Source: Acinetobacter phage AC4. From it: a stretch of DNA of 24,000 bases. The notes beneath the pieces are model-generated. The model did not search any database. It was not told the origin of the DNA and worked only from the letters and a program-made list of their open reading frames with translations. The DNA lies in sequence record OL770262.1; one strand, 5' to 3'. This document shows positions 1 through 7,888 of the stretch, piece by piece; the first letter of the stretch is position 1; every line of letters begins with the position of its first letter. The translations under genes and the position numbers were made by a program.

Positions 1-71
1 AATTCATATAGCCACCATGCGTAGAGCACTACGATGGTGACAATAAAATCAATCAGAAGTATCACCTTCAT
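1..71 (-). CDS. Partial small hydrophobic peptide, MKVILLIDFIVTIVVLYAWWLYE..., running off the left edge
   Basis: Read manually: ATG at 71..69 (minus), preceded by TTAGGAAT; open to the window edge; transmembrane-like; overlaps the rIIA 3' end. Not in the ORF track. Confidence 0.5.
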   Translation of the reverse strand, partial: MKVILLIDFIVTIVVLYAWWLYE

Positions 72-2262
72 TCTTAATTCCTAAGTTGTTCAAAATGTCT
101 TTTGCCATTCGATCTGTAATGCTATAACAATTTTTGAGAACATAGTGCACCATAGGGTGTTCATGTGCTAACTTTTCTTCAAATTTGCTAAATTTATTTC
201 TGGCTGCAGAGTAGTTAGCACGATATGAGATTAATGATTGAATATACTCTTCATACAAATCACTTTCAGATTTGATGCGAATTCTATCGGCTACTTGCAT
301 GATTTTGTAGAACTTGTCGAACTCCTCAGTATTAGCTCCACATGCATAAGAGTATAGTACATTTAACATCTTGTTACTCATGATGTTATTGTGTAATCTA
401 TCATGAGTTTGACGATAACAATATGAGTCACAATCTGTTGTATTCACCAACTCAATAACGCCTTTGAAAATATGTTCTACTGTACATTTGAGACCTGGGT
501 TCTTTAATGCTCGCTTATATGCAGAAGGACGAATTTGATACAACGTCTCGATGCCAAACTTATATGCTAAACGTTTTAATGGCTCTAATTCGATGCCATC
601 AATAAATCCAAATTGTGTGCATAACGCAGTAGGATCAGAATTATAACTGCCTATGCAGAATCCAGATAGTTCATCGATTTCAGAAGAAGTTAAGAATAAC
701 TCCTCATAGTCGTATTTGTTTGTACGTTTATTGTACTTTGTCACTATGACATTCGCTGAAGCAGGACGTTTCTCACGCGCTTTATCAGCCTTTTCAGCCT
801 TTACTTCCATTGATTTGCGAAGTGGCTCAAGATCAGTTGTGTTGAGAATTCGGACTTCATCGCCTTGATAGATTTCCTTAAATGTATCAATGAGCGCCAT
901 TTCAACAGGATTAGAACGACGTACAACAATAACCGGTTCATTGATTCGTGGATAATTTTTGCTTGGATTTGCTGCCATCGCCTTGATGATGTCACGAACT
1001 TTCTTTGCACTTACACCGTCGTCAATCAAGAAATGAATATACTCACGTCTATAGTCAATAAGGTCAGACAATCGAATTTCTGAAACTTTATGACGACGAT
1101 ACATCACTAAGTTGTCAACAGGCTTTTTGACTCGAGGCGAATATGAACTTGTTTCATAAATTCGCGCATGAGACAGTTCACGTTGTAGATTAGGGTGCTC
1201 TCCTACCTTTCCAGCATCTTCTGCAGTAACAGTGCCATTCAAGAATTTGATGCCTGATGACATTAGCACATTATGTTTTGTGCCTGCCATTCGCAACAAT
1301 TCACGAGCTAGTTTTCGTTCATATTTGATTTCATGAAGTGAAGCAATATCCGATGCCATTAAATCATCATTGATTTTGTTTACGCGTTTTACAATATTGT
1401 TGATTGTAAATTCGTCCATTTGGAGTTCTTCACGTGATGGCTGTGGCATCAATTCATTAATAGGAAAATGAATATATGTTACTGGTGCAGTGGCATTTAA
1501 CCAAGAAGTTTTCATTCCTGGCGTGCCTTCTAAAGAATATACAATATTGCCACAAATCGCATATACACCAGGCCCATCAACAGATTCGTTGTAACGTGTA
1601 AAGAAATAATCGTCACTATACGTTTCGAAATTTTTGAAACTCGGGACATTAAGATTAGCGCCAGATAATTCATATACATCTGGATCAAATGGCGCCAAAA
1701 TTCGACGAATTTCTGAGTGCCATGAATTAATATCAAGTGCTCTAACTGGGACTGTGACTTCAATACCGGATTTATCGCCTTCCTCAAATGGGCCTTCAAA
1801 CACTTTCATGATTTGTGGCTCGCCATTTGACAATGCAGCAGTATAAATTCGTACTGTTCCTTCAAAGAACGACGTTACGTTAAATGTGTCTGTATATGAG
1901 AATGGCGACTTAGCACCTAGTCCAAATCCACCAGTAAGATCACCACGATCAGTTTTAAGTGATTTGAAGTATTGAGTGTAAATTGTGATCATATCATCAT
2001 GGCTAAGACCAGGACCATAATCTCGAACTACAAATCGCGGATCAAGTTCATTAGGAGCTTTGACCTGCCATTTAGCCTTGGTACCATTAAGTAGATGAGC
2101 GTCCATAGCATTACAAACAACTTCACGAACTACAGCACGAATTTTGTGTTTGTAGATACCACTTGACAAAATCTGAAAGGCCTTAGCAGAAGTACTTATG
2201 CTAAACTTGTGAGCATCACCTGAATTTCCAAGAATAACTTCATTTTGATTATTAAATTGCAT
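49..2262 (-). CDS. rIIA: rIIA-like protein (GHKL ATPase-type N-terminus)
   Basis: 737 aa, similar in length and sequence to T4 rIIA; motifs KIRAVVREVVCNAMDAH, RFVVRDYGPGLS, GGFGLGAKSPFSYTDTFNVTS. Confidence 0.95.
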   Translation of the reverse strand: MQFNNQNEVILGNSGDAHKFSISTSAKAFQILSSGIYKHKIRAVVREVVCNAMDAHLLNGTKAKWQVKAPNELDPRFVVRDYGPGLSHDDMITIYTQYFKSLKTDRGDLTGGFGLGAKSPFSYTDTFNVTSFFEGTVRIYTAALSNGEPQIMKVFEGPFEEGDKSGIEVTVPVRALDINSWHSEIRRILAPFDPDVYELSGANLNVPSFKNFETYSDDYFFTRYNESVDGPGVYAICGNIVYSLEGTPGMKTSWLNATAPVTYIHFPINELMPQPSREELQMDEFTINNIVKRVNKINDDLMASDIASLHEIKYERKLARELLRMAGTKHNVLMSSGIKFLNGTVTAEDAGKVGEHPNLQRELSHARIYETSSYSPRVKKPVDNLVMYRRHKVSEIRLSDLIDYRREYIHFLIDDGVSAKKVRDIIKAMAANPSKNYPRINEPVIVVRRSNPVEMALIDTFKEIYQGDEVRILNTTDLEPLRKSMEVKAEKADKAREKRPASANVIVTKYNKRTNKYDYEELFLTSSEIDELSGFCIGSYNSDPTALCTQFGFIDGIELEPLKRLAYKFGIETLYQIRPSAYKRALKNPGLKCTVEHIFKGVIELVNTTDCDSYCYRQTHDRLHNNIMSNKMLNVLYSYACGANTEEFDKFYKIMQVADRIRIKSESDLYEEYIQSLISYRANYSAARNKFSKFEEKLAHEHPMVHYVLKNCYSITDRMAKDILNNLGIKNEGDTSD

Positions 2263-2282
2263 GATAAATATCTCACTTCATA

Positions 2283-2483
2283 TTAAAAGGCGTGTTTATA
2301 TTGATCGAGTAATTCTACTGCACGTCGAACGTCTTCTTCAGTGTTAACTCCAGCTTCTAAACGAGCTACCATTTCGAGGTTCAAGTTACGATCGATCGCA
2401 GCTTGATGTTCATCAAAGAAACGTTCCATTGCATGGTGATGGTGTTTAATTGCAGTGCGTAGGTTGTTTGTGTCAATTTTCAT
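2283..2483 (-). CDS. Small hypothetical protein (66 aa)
   Basis: ORF with an upstream leader TTGAGTAAATTGAAATG and a strong early-type promoter. Confidence 0.7.
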   Translation of the reverse strand: MKIDTNNLRTAIKHHHHAMERFFDEHQAAIDRNLNLEMVARLEAGVNTEEDVRRAVELLDQYKHAF

Positions 2484-2503
2484 TTCAATTTACTCAATGG
2501 ATA

Positions 2504-2547
2504 TATTTGATATGTCTATTATAATAAACGTTGATTTGAAAGTAAAC
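2504..2547 (-). promoter_or_regulatory. Early-type promoter
   Basis: Minus strand GTTTAC (2547..2542), 18-nt spacer, TATAAT (2523..2518), then ATATCAAATA. Confidence 0.7.
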
Positions 2548-2574
2548 ATTTAAATGCAAAAAGTTTAGACAAAA

Positions 2575-2700
2575 TTAAAGGACCCTGAGGTCCTTTTTAA
2601 ATTTATCTTTGCGATAGTATTTTGATTTGTCTTTTACAACCTGCATTTTAAATGCAGGTGTTCTGACAGCTTTTGCGATCGGATTACGTTTACCTTTCAT
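2575..2700 (-). CDS. Small basic protein, 41 aa, MKGKRNPIAKAVRTPAFKMQVVKDKSKYYRKDKFKKDLRVL
   Basis: Read manually; not in the ORF track. ATG overlaps the TGA of the upstream gene (ATGA coupling). The N-terminus resembles a small conserved phage/bacterial basic protein type (K.KRNPxAK...F..). Confidence 0.65.
   Translation of the reverse strand: MKGKRNPIAKAVRTPAFKMQVVKDKSKYYRKDKFKKDLRVL
2577..2596 (-). terminator. Hairpin AAAGGACC-TCAG-GGTCCTTT
   Basis: Perfect 8-bp stem overlapping the stop codon of the 41-aa ORF; modest U content downstream (AATTTTG). Confidence 0.5.
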
Positions 2701-3965
2701 TTCCATAACTCCAAATATTTATTCTCTAGATCTTCTGGTACAAAGAAATGGCTTGCAAAAAATGCGTCCATACCTGTGACAAGATTTCGATCTTCTCGAA
2801 TAGACATACCACATGCTTTGTCGCCAATTATCCATGAACCGATGATAGGATAATAACCATCATGTGGTTGAATATCATGCCATTGTTGATACATATAGCC
2901 CCAATGATCATATTCAGGCACTTTGTGCGATCCGGGTGCTAAATGGCTAAGCTCTTCGCCTGAACAAAATTGTGAACGATAAATATTTGAACCTTCACGT
3001 CCATGAATTGCTTTCTTAGCATACTGTCCAGATTTCGGACGATGGTTCCCATCAAAGCTTGCTAATAAGTTAGGATGATTAGGGAACATTTGCCATAATT
3101 TAACAAGCATTGCTTTGTTTGAAAGTAACATTTTCCATGCAGGTTCCATCCATCGTGTATTAGTGCAATCAAGAATGTCAGATCCAAATTTCTCTTCAGT
3201 CATCCATTCCCAAGGATAAAGTTTAAAACAATTTTTGATCTCTTGGTCTTGAAGATCAATGAACGATTTAGTTTCCGGACCAGTGCCAATACGTTCTTTC
3301 AAAAGGCCAATGTCTTGCATTTGCAGTTCTTTGACTGATAATCCTGCTCGAAGTGCAGAATCCATCAAATAAACTAAATTGCCAAAGTCTTCATGGCGGA
3401 ATCCACCACTTGATGCAAAATGAACTAATTCGCCGGGTTTAAATCGAGATTGCCATACTTCTTGAAGTGTTTCATCAATAAGATTATATTGAATGCGCAG
3501 ATCGTCAGGATAATCTCTTCCATCAGGAAGTTTCTTCATACCTTCGATATAATTCCATTGTGCAACAGAACACTCAAGAATTGAAACTGGCGTATCGCCA
3601 TTGTACTCAAACATTTTCAATGAATTGTCCGAGCCAAATGCAAGGTCAAAACGTCCATATAATGATTTGTCGCCACGTTTCCATGATTGTTCAATTAACG
3701 GAATTGAATTTTCATCCAAGTTGAAGTATTCAGGGTAATCTCCAGACGTGACCATTTGCTCTACCATTGCACATGACATATCATGAAGTTCTTGTGTTGC
3801 GGCTTGAATGCGATCAATTTCACTTTCTGACATACCATACACTACACCTTCTTGCCAATACGGTGCACCTTCAGGACCGGATGGAGCATTCCAATAGTTG
3901 AAGCCGATTCCCTCTAAAAGCTCGACATGATTAGGGCGAATTTCGAAATTAGTATGTCGTTTCAT
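2697..3965 (-). CDS. Glutathionylspermidine synthase-like ATP-grasp protein, YgiC/YjfC type (no amidase domain)
   Basis: 422 aa; motifs FEYNGDTPVSILECSVAQWNY and YYPIIGSWIIGDKACGMSIREDRNLVT match the GspS C-terminal/YgiC family. Confidence 0.88.
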   Translation of the reverse strand: MKRHTNFEIRPNHVELLEGIGFNYWNAPSGPEGAPYWQEGVVYGMSESEIDRIQAATQELHDMSCAMVEQMVTSGDYPEYFNLDENSIPLIEQSWKRGDKSLYGRFDLAFGSDNSLKMFEYNGDTPVSILECSVAQWNYIEGMKKLPDGRDYPDDLRIQYNLIDETLQEVWQSRFKPGELVHFASSGGFRHEDFGNLVYLMDSALRAGLSVKELQMQDIGLLKERIGTGPETKSFIDLQDQEIKNCFKLYPWEWMTEEKFGSDILDCTNTRWMEPAWKMLLSNKAMLVKLWQMFPNHPNLLASFDGNHRPKSGQYAKKAIHGREGSNIYRSQFCSGEELSHLAPGSHKVPEYDHWGYMYQQWHDIQPHDGYYPIIGSWIIGDKACGMSIREDRNLVTGMDAFFASHFFVPEDLENKYLELWK

Positions 3966-4028
3966 ATTTTCACTCAGGTTGTAGTGTATAGAAGTATTTT
4001 AAACAATATTATTGCTGTTGTAAACTGT

Positions 4029-4313
4029 TTATCTAAATTTAGTATATTCACAACGATGTTGAGGGATTTTCATATAACGATCGACTAATGTTAAACTAAT
4101 ATATGTGCCATCAGAATACCATGTAATAGAACTATCGTTACCTGTATATGTAACAATTGAATCGCCTAAAAGTGATAAACATTTGAGTGTAACTGTGCCA
4201 GCAGGCGTATATCCCTGATTTGCCTTTGGGCGTTGCATTACAAAAATGCTCAATGCGATAACAATTCCAACAATTAAACAGAATATCATCTGTCTATTAT
4301 TTAACTTACTCAT
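4029..4313 (-). CDS. Small membrane-anchored hypothetical protein (94 aa)
   Basis: One N-terminal TM segment (MIFCLIVGIVIALSIFVM). Confidence 0.65.
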   Translation of the reverse strand: MSKLNNRQMIFCLIVGIVIALSIFVMQRPKANQGYTPAGTVTLKCLSLLGDSIVTYTGNDSSITWYSDGTYISLTLVDRYMKIPQHRCEYTKFR

Positions 4314-4347
4314 AAAACCTCCAAATGGGACCGAAGTCCCAAATTAA

Positions 4348-4884
4348 TTAACCACCAGAAGATACAGCACCACCAAAACCACCACGAGACACTGAAGTAC
4401 TACGTGAGACTGATGTGCTTCGAGATGTGGCAGCTCGAGCAGATACGGCACGAGATTCTGTTGCACGATATGAATTTAAAGTACTACGAGCTGGTGGAAC
4501 ATATGCACTTGAGCCCATTGAACGTTGCCGTTCTTTATATGAATTATATGAGCCATTAGACATCATATTGCCAAGCATCATACCCATGGCACCGGCCATT
4601 AGCATATCCATACCAGAGAACCCAGAATCAGATGCAGCTTTAGATGCGGCAGCAGGATCAGTTTTATGGAGTTCAAGTAATTTTACCCAATCTTCATATG
4701 TGCCAGTATAACCTTTTGATTTAGCTTCTTCATATGATTTGTTAAGTGTATCTGCGACTTGAACAAATGCACCTTCAGGAGTTTGTGTCACACTTTCTGC
4801 CACAGCAACAGAATCATCTTTTGTACATCCGGCTAAAACGAAAGCCGGGACAATAAGCATTGCAACAGATTTTTTAAGTTTCAT
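4348..4884 (-). CDS. Lipoprotein, YgiB-like (DUF1190-like)
   Basis: Lipobox MLIVPAFVLAGC; Met/Gly-rich centre (GMDMLMAGAMGMMLGNMMSNG) and Ser/Arg-rich tail with SRGGFGGAVSSGG, resembling YgiB's TRGGFG tail; next to a YgiC-like gene. Confidence 0.65.
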   Translation of the reverse strand: MKLKKSVAMLIVPAFVLAGCTKDDSVAVAESVTQTPEGAFVQVADTLNKSYEEAKSKGYTGTYEDWVKLLELHKTDPAAASKAASDSGFSGMDMLMAGAMGMMLGNMMSNGSYNSYKERQRSMGSSAYVPPARSTLNSYRATESRAVSARAATSRSTSVSRSTSVSRGGFGGAVSSGG

Positions 4885-4987
4885 AAGTTTGCCTTAGTTG
4901 AAATAAACAATTAAACCACAAGCCATAATAATTATTCCTATAAGGAATCCAGATGACCAGTTATACTCTGGAAACATAGTATCTCCA

Positions 4988-5329
4988 TTAAATATCAATG
5001 TTTGAGTACTGTGCAATGATTGCAAGTCCTACAGAAATGAAGACCAATCCAACCCAAGCTCCAACATCTAAGTTTTGATTAAGCATTGCTTTAGCTAGAA
5101 ATGCGGTGGCAATGGCTCCAAGGCCTGACCACATGACATATAAAATTCCAGCTTGCATATATTTCAATGCAATAACACAAGCAATAAATGATCCGGTGTA
5201 TAATGCAGCACCAATCACCAAAGGTACAATATTATTAAATCCATCTGCCTTAGCCATATAAATCGTTGAGACAACGCCGGTTACAATGGCAACAAGTAAC
5301 CATACTACTCCCAACTGAACCGGCGTCAT
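4988..5329 (-). CDS. Small multidrug resistance (SMR/EmrE)-like four-TM protein
   Basis: 113 aa; four hydrophobic segments; ...GFNNIVPLVIGAALYTGSFIACVIALKYMQAGILYVMWSGLGAIATAF aligns with EmrE ...SFWLLAQTLAYIPTGIAYAIWSGVGI. Confidence 0.75.
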   Translation of the reverse strand: MTPVQLGVVWLLVAIVTGVVSTIYMAKADGFNNIVPLVIGAALYTGSFIACVIALKYMQAGILYVMWSGLGAIATAFLAKAMLNQNLDVGAWVGLVFISVGLAIIAQYSNIDI

Positions 5330-5685
5330 ACCAGTTCACTCAAAACTTTACGAGCTTCTTTAAGCCAGTCATCGCGAGTGATGTCGCCATCATCAGGTGC
5401 AATTGCAGTAGTGAACAATTTAATAACTTTCCATGTACGAGCGCTGTAATTATCTTCAGACCATTCAGAAAATAGGCGTGTATACTCATCATCTACCTTT
5501 CGAATACCGAAAATGCGACGCAGTGTACTAGCTTCTTTCTCTTCTCCGCATTCATCTTTAGTCCAGCCTAGAGTTTTGCCAATAACACAAGTTTTATATT
5601 TACCCATGCCAAATACGGTATTTGCTGCCAATTGTTCTACTGCTTCAATTACACGAATAAGGCCATTTGTTAAATTGATCTTCAT
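5326..5685 (-). CDS. Hypothetical protein (119 aa)
   Basis: ORF overlapping the SMR-like gene start; strong promoter and a GAGTAAAT leader upstream. Confidence 0.7.
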   Translation of the reverse strand: MKINLTNGLIRVIEAVEQLAANTVFGMGKYKTCVIGKTLGWTKDECGEEKEASTLRRIFGIRKVDDEYTRLFSEWSEDNYSARTWKVIKLFTTAIAPDDGDITRDDWLKEARKVLSELV

Positions 5686-5699
5686 ATTAATTTACTCAT

Positions 5700-5747
5700 T
5701 TGATTTAAGATAGAACCATTATAACAACGGTTCTATCTCATGTAAAC
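5700..5747 (-). promoter_or_regulatory. Early-type promoter with an embedded inverted repeat
   Basis: Minus strand GTTTAC (5747..5742), 18 nt, TATAAT (5723..5718); perfect 10-bp inverted repeat AGATAGAACC/GGTTCTATCT at 5708..5738. Confidence 0.75.
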
Positions 5748-5759
5748 ATTAAAAATGAA

Positions 5760-6767
5760 TTATTTTTGGATTAAATCCAACCAAATTTCTCGAATTTCAG
5801 TGGTAACAATTTTCTGCAATTCTGCTTTGAATTTTGAAGGTTGCTGAGCTGCATTCAAAGTAAGACCTTCACGTTCGGCTTCTTCAAAAATATCTTTCAT
5901 TGTAAGACCCATTACTTTGCCAAAGTCTTTAGTTGTCACTTCACCAATGTGAGAAACAACATTCGAGATACGAGCTTTAGTAACATATTCACTGAATTTG
6001 CTCAAGAGTTCTAAGTCTTCAGGCGGTAACGGAGTAGGGATTTTAGGAAGTTTTGATTTGCCTTTTTCTTTAAACTTGTCAGTTTTATATTTGATCGCAA
6101 GGCGAGATCCACTGCGCAAGAACATTGGAGTATTTGGCTTGATGACAAGGCCTTCTGCAACATTATCTTTAGGAGCGGGTTGTGGGTGAACACTATACAT
6201 ATTTTCCCATGTCAATGACGGTACGATAGAATCGAATTCAACCGGTAATTTCAAAAGTTGTTCAAGTGTACCACGAGCAATTAATGGAGCAATTTTCAAT
6301 CCACGATAATCGCAGAATTCTTGAACTTTATCATCAGCCCACCATCCATGTGAAAACCCTGCATCTGGTGCATCCATATAGATGTCAAATACATAGAATG
6401 ATTTAGGGCCATAATCAACTTCTTTCTGGATTCCTTCACCTGCATATTCACCAAAGATTTGCATACTTTTGAATGAAGGCACGTTAGCAACAAGATCACT
6501 TTGAATTGCTTCAAATACGTCAATCAAGTCTTTCATTAGATCTTCATATCCGAAGAATTTTTCAGTTTCACCAATGAAACCTGAACGTTTTGCAGGTTTG
6601 ATAGAGTCCGCTGTAATGACAACCGAGAAGTTTGTGCCGTGAATTTTTTCACGAGCTACAAATTCTGTGTTGACTGAACCTTCACCTAGTGCAATAGCAT
6701 CAAAACATTGGCGAATGAATTTATCGTTAGTGTGGTTTTCAAGGCTTGAATATTTAATGAAAGACAT
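5760..6767 (-). CDS. rnlB: RNA ligase 2 (T4 Rnl2-like)
   Basis: FIKYSSLENHTNDKFI, nucleotidyl-lysine motif VAREKIHGTNFSVV, FGEYAGEGIQKEVDYG, C-terminal GKVMGLTMKDIFEEAEREG. Start placed at 6767 after TTTGGAGAACAATATG. Confidence 0.96.
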   Translation of the reverse strand: MSFIKYSSLENHTNDKFIRQCFDAIALGEGSVNTEFVAREKIHGTNFSVVITADSIKPAKRSGFIGETEKFFGYEDLMKDLIDVFEAIQSDLVANVPSFKSMQIFGEYAGEGIQKEVDYGPKSFYVFDIYMDAPDAGFSHGWWADDKVQEFCDYRGLKIAPLIARGTLEQLLKLPVEFDSIVPSLTWENMYSVHPQPAPKDNVAEGLVIKPNTPMFLRSGSRLAIKYKTDKFKEKGKSKLPKIPTPLPPEDLELLSKFSEYVTKARISNVVSHIGEVTTKDFGKVMGLTMKDIFEEAEREGLTLNAAQQPSKFKAELQKIVTTEIREIWLDLIQK

Positions 6768-6792
6768 ATTGTTCTCCAAAGTATTGGGATTA

Positions 6793-6987
6793 TTAAAGTA
6801 CTGCGATTGAACGACTGATTAAAATAGGACCTACTTTTTTAGGTGTAAGGAAATCGGAATTTGCGAGTTTTTCGAGATATAGAGTTTCCTGTTCTTTAGA
6901 AACAATTACAATATCGATAGTTTCTTGGTGGACTGCAATGTGTCCTGATTCCATGTTTGTTGCTACAACTTCGACCAAGATTTTCAT
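6793..6987 (-). CDS. Hypothetical protein (64 aa)
   Basis: ORF in the same operon. Confidence 0.6.
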   Translation of the reverse strand: MKILVEVVATNMESGHIAVHQETIDIVIVSKEQETLYLEKLANSDFLTPKKVGPILISRSIAVL

Positions 6988-7343
6988 TCTACCACTCCAT
7001 AAATTGCAGATGTTGCACCATCAGTGTATGTATGTAAAATAACTCGAATACCTCGAAGGAGGTTATTTTCAAGAGTGCTAAGATTTGCATCAGAGATATA
7101 TGCATGTTTAAAGATACCTTCATCTGATGCTTGATCGATTTCGCAAACTCTAAGAGGATTTTTTGCATACTTCTTAATAGATTGCTCATCATAATCTAAA
7201 TCAAGATTTAGCAACTCGTTATATGTAGGGAAGCGTTTACGTGCTTCGATGATTAGTTTACGTTCATTAGGTGTCTTAGACAAATTTGCGGCATCGTTAA
7301 AGACTTTGACTAAATTGTTGTAAATCGTTGCAGTGAGTTTCAT
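6984..7343 (-). CDS. Hypothetical protein (119 aa)
   Basis: ORF start moved to 7343 (MKLTATIYNN...), preceded by TTTGGAGAAAGAAATG. Confidence 0.7.
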   Translation of the reverse strand: MKLTATIYNNLVKVFNDAANLSKTPNERKLIIEARKRFPTYNELLNLDLDYDEQSIKKYAKNPLRVCEIDQASDEGIFKHAYISDANLSTLENNLLRGIRVILHTYTDGATSAIYGVVE

Positions 7344-7365
7344 TTCTTTCTCCAAAGGAGTCAGC

Positions 7366-7888
7366 TTACGCTGACATCCAATCTTTACGAAGTTGTGCAT
7401 CATTACCAAATAGCATTTCAAATTGTTCTTTCCAATTTTCAGGAAGTTTCACTACATCGAAATGTGGTTCACGAATAACCTTTTCATACTCTTCCATCTC
7501 CAAGCTTCCGAGTCCCTTGATGTAACGGAAACTATAGCCTTTAAGATTAGGTTTGTCTGCTTCATATTCATCAATTGTGTAGTACCATTTTTGGTCTTTG
7601 CCTTTCTGACAAATTGCAACTGGAGTTTTGACAAACTTGATTCGCCCTTGTTCAAAAAGTTCAGGCCAATTACTAAAGAATGCTAACAATGATGGATAAA
7701 TTGAACCAGTCCCGTCTTAATACTCGAAGTTAAAAATTAGATTAGCCCGAAGGCTAATCTACATCCGCATCTGTCATAATGGCGATGTTGCGATAATTCA
7801 TAGTACTAGTGAAAGTACGGCGTACATTAGTTTGAGCTTTATAAGTGTTCATATCAACATCAGTTTTTGCGATTTGAGTTAATTTCAT
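7366..7888 (-). CDS. 60: DNA topoisomerase II large-subunit C-terminal part (T4 gp60), predicted by ribosomal bypass joining 7888..7757 to 7713..7366
   Basis: First part MKLTQIAKTDVDMNTYKAQTNVRRTFTSTMNYRNIAIMTDADVD then TAG; second part GTGSIYPSLLAFFSNWPELFEQGRIKFVKTP... in another frame. The join gives 159 aa, very similar to T4 gp60 (about 160 aa). SD ACGAGG upstream of 7888. Confidence 0.93.
7714..7759 (-). promoter_or_regulatory. Putative translational bypass element: GAU take-off (7759..7757), 43-nt gap (7756..7714) ending with GAC landing (7716..7714)
   Basis: Minus strand GAT|TAGCCTTCGGGCTAATCTAATTTTTAACTTCGAGTATTAAGAC|GGGACTGGT. Stem with UUCG loop, adjacent UAG, GAG-N6-landing codon, as in T4. 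Confidence 0.9.

Noticed and set aside
7714-7759. Gene 60 disruption read as a sequencing error, pseudogene or simple frameshift
   Set aside because: A single indel would not remove both the in-frame UAG and the roughly 40 nt of non-coding sequence in the middle of the conserved toprim motif. The UUCG stem, matched Asp codons, GAG spacing and nascent peptide all match the T4 bypass. Flanking protein sequence is fully conserved.
7714-7759. Small intron or intein in gene 60
   Set aside because: 43 nt is far too short for a group I/II intron, and there is no intein-like sequence. A bypass explains it, although cDNA would formally exclude splicing.
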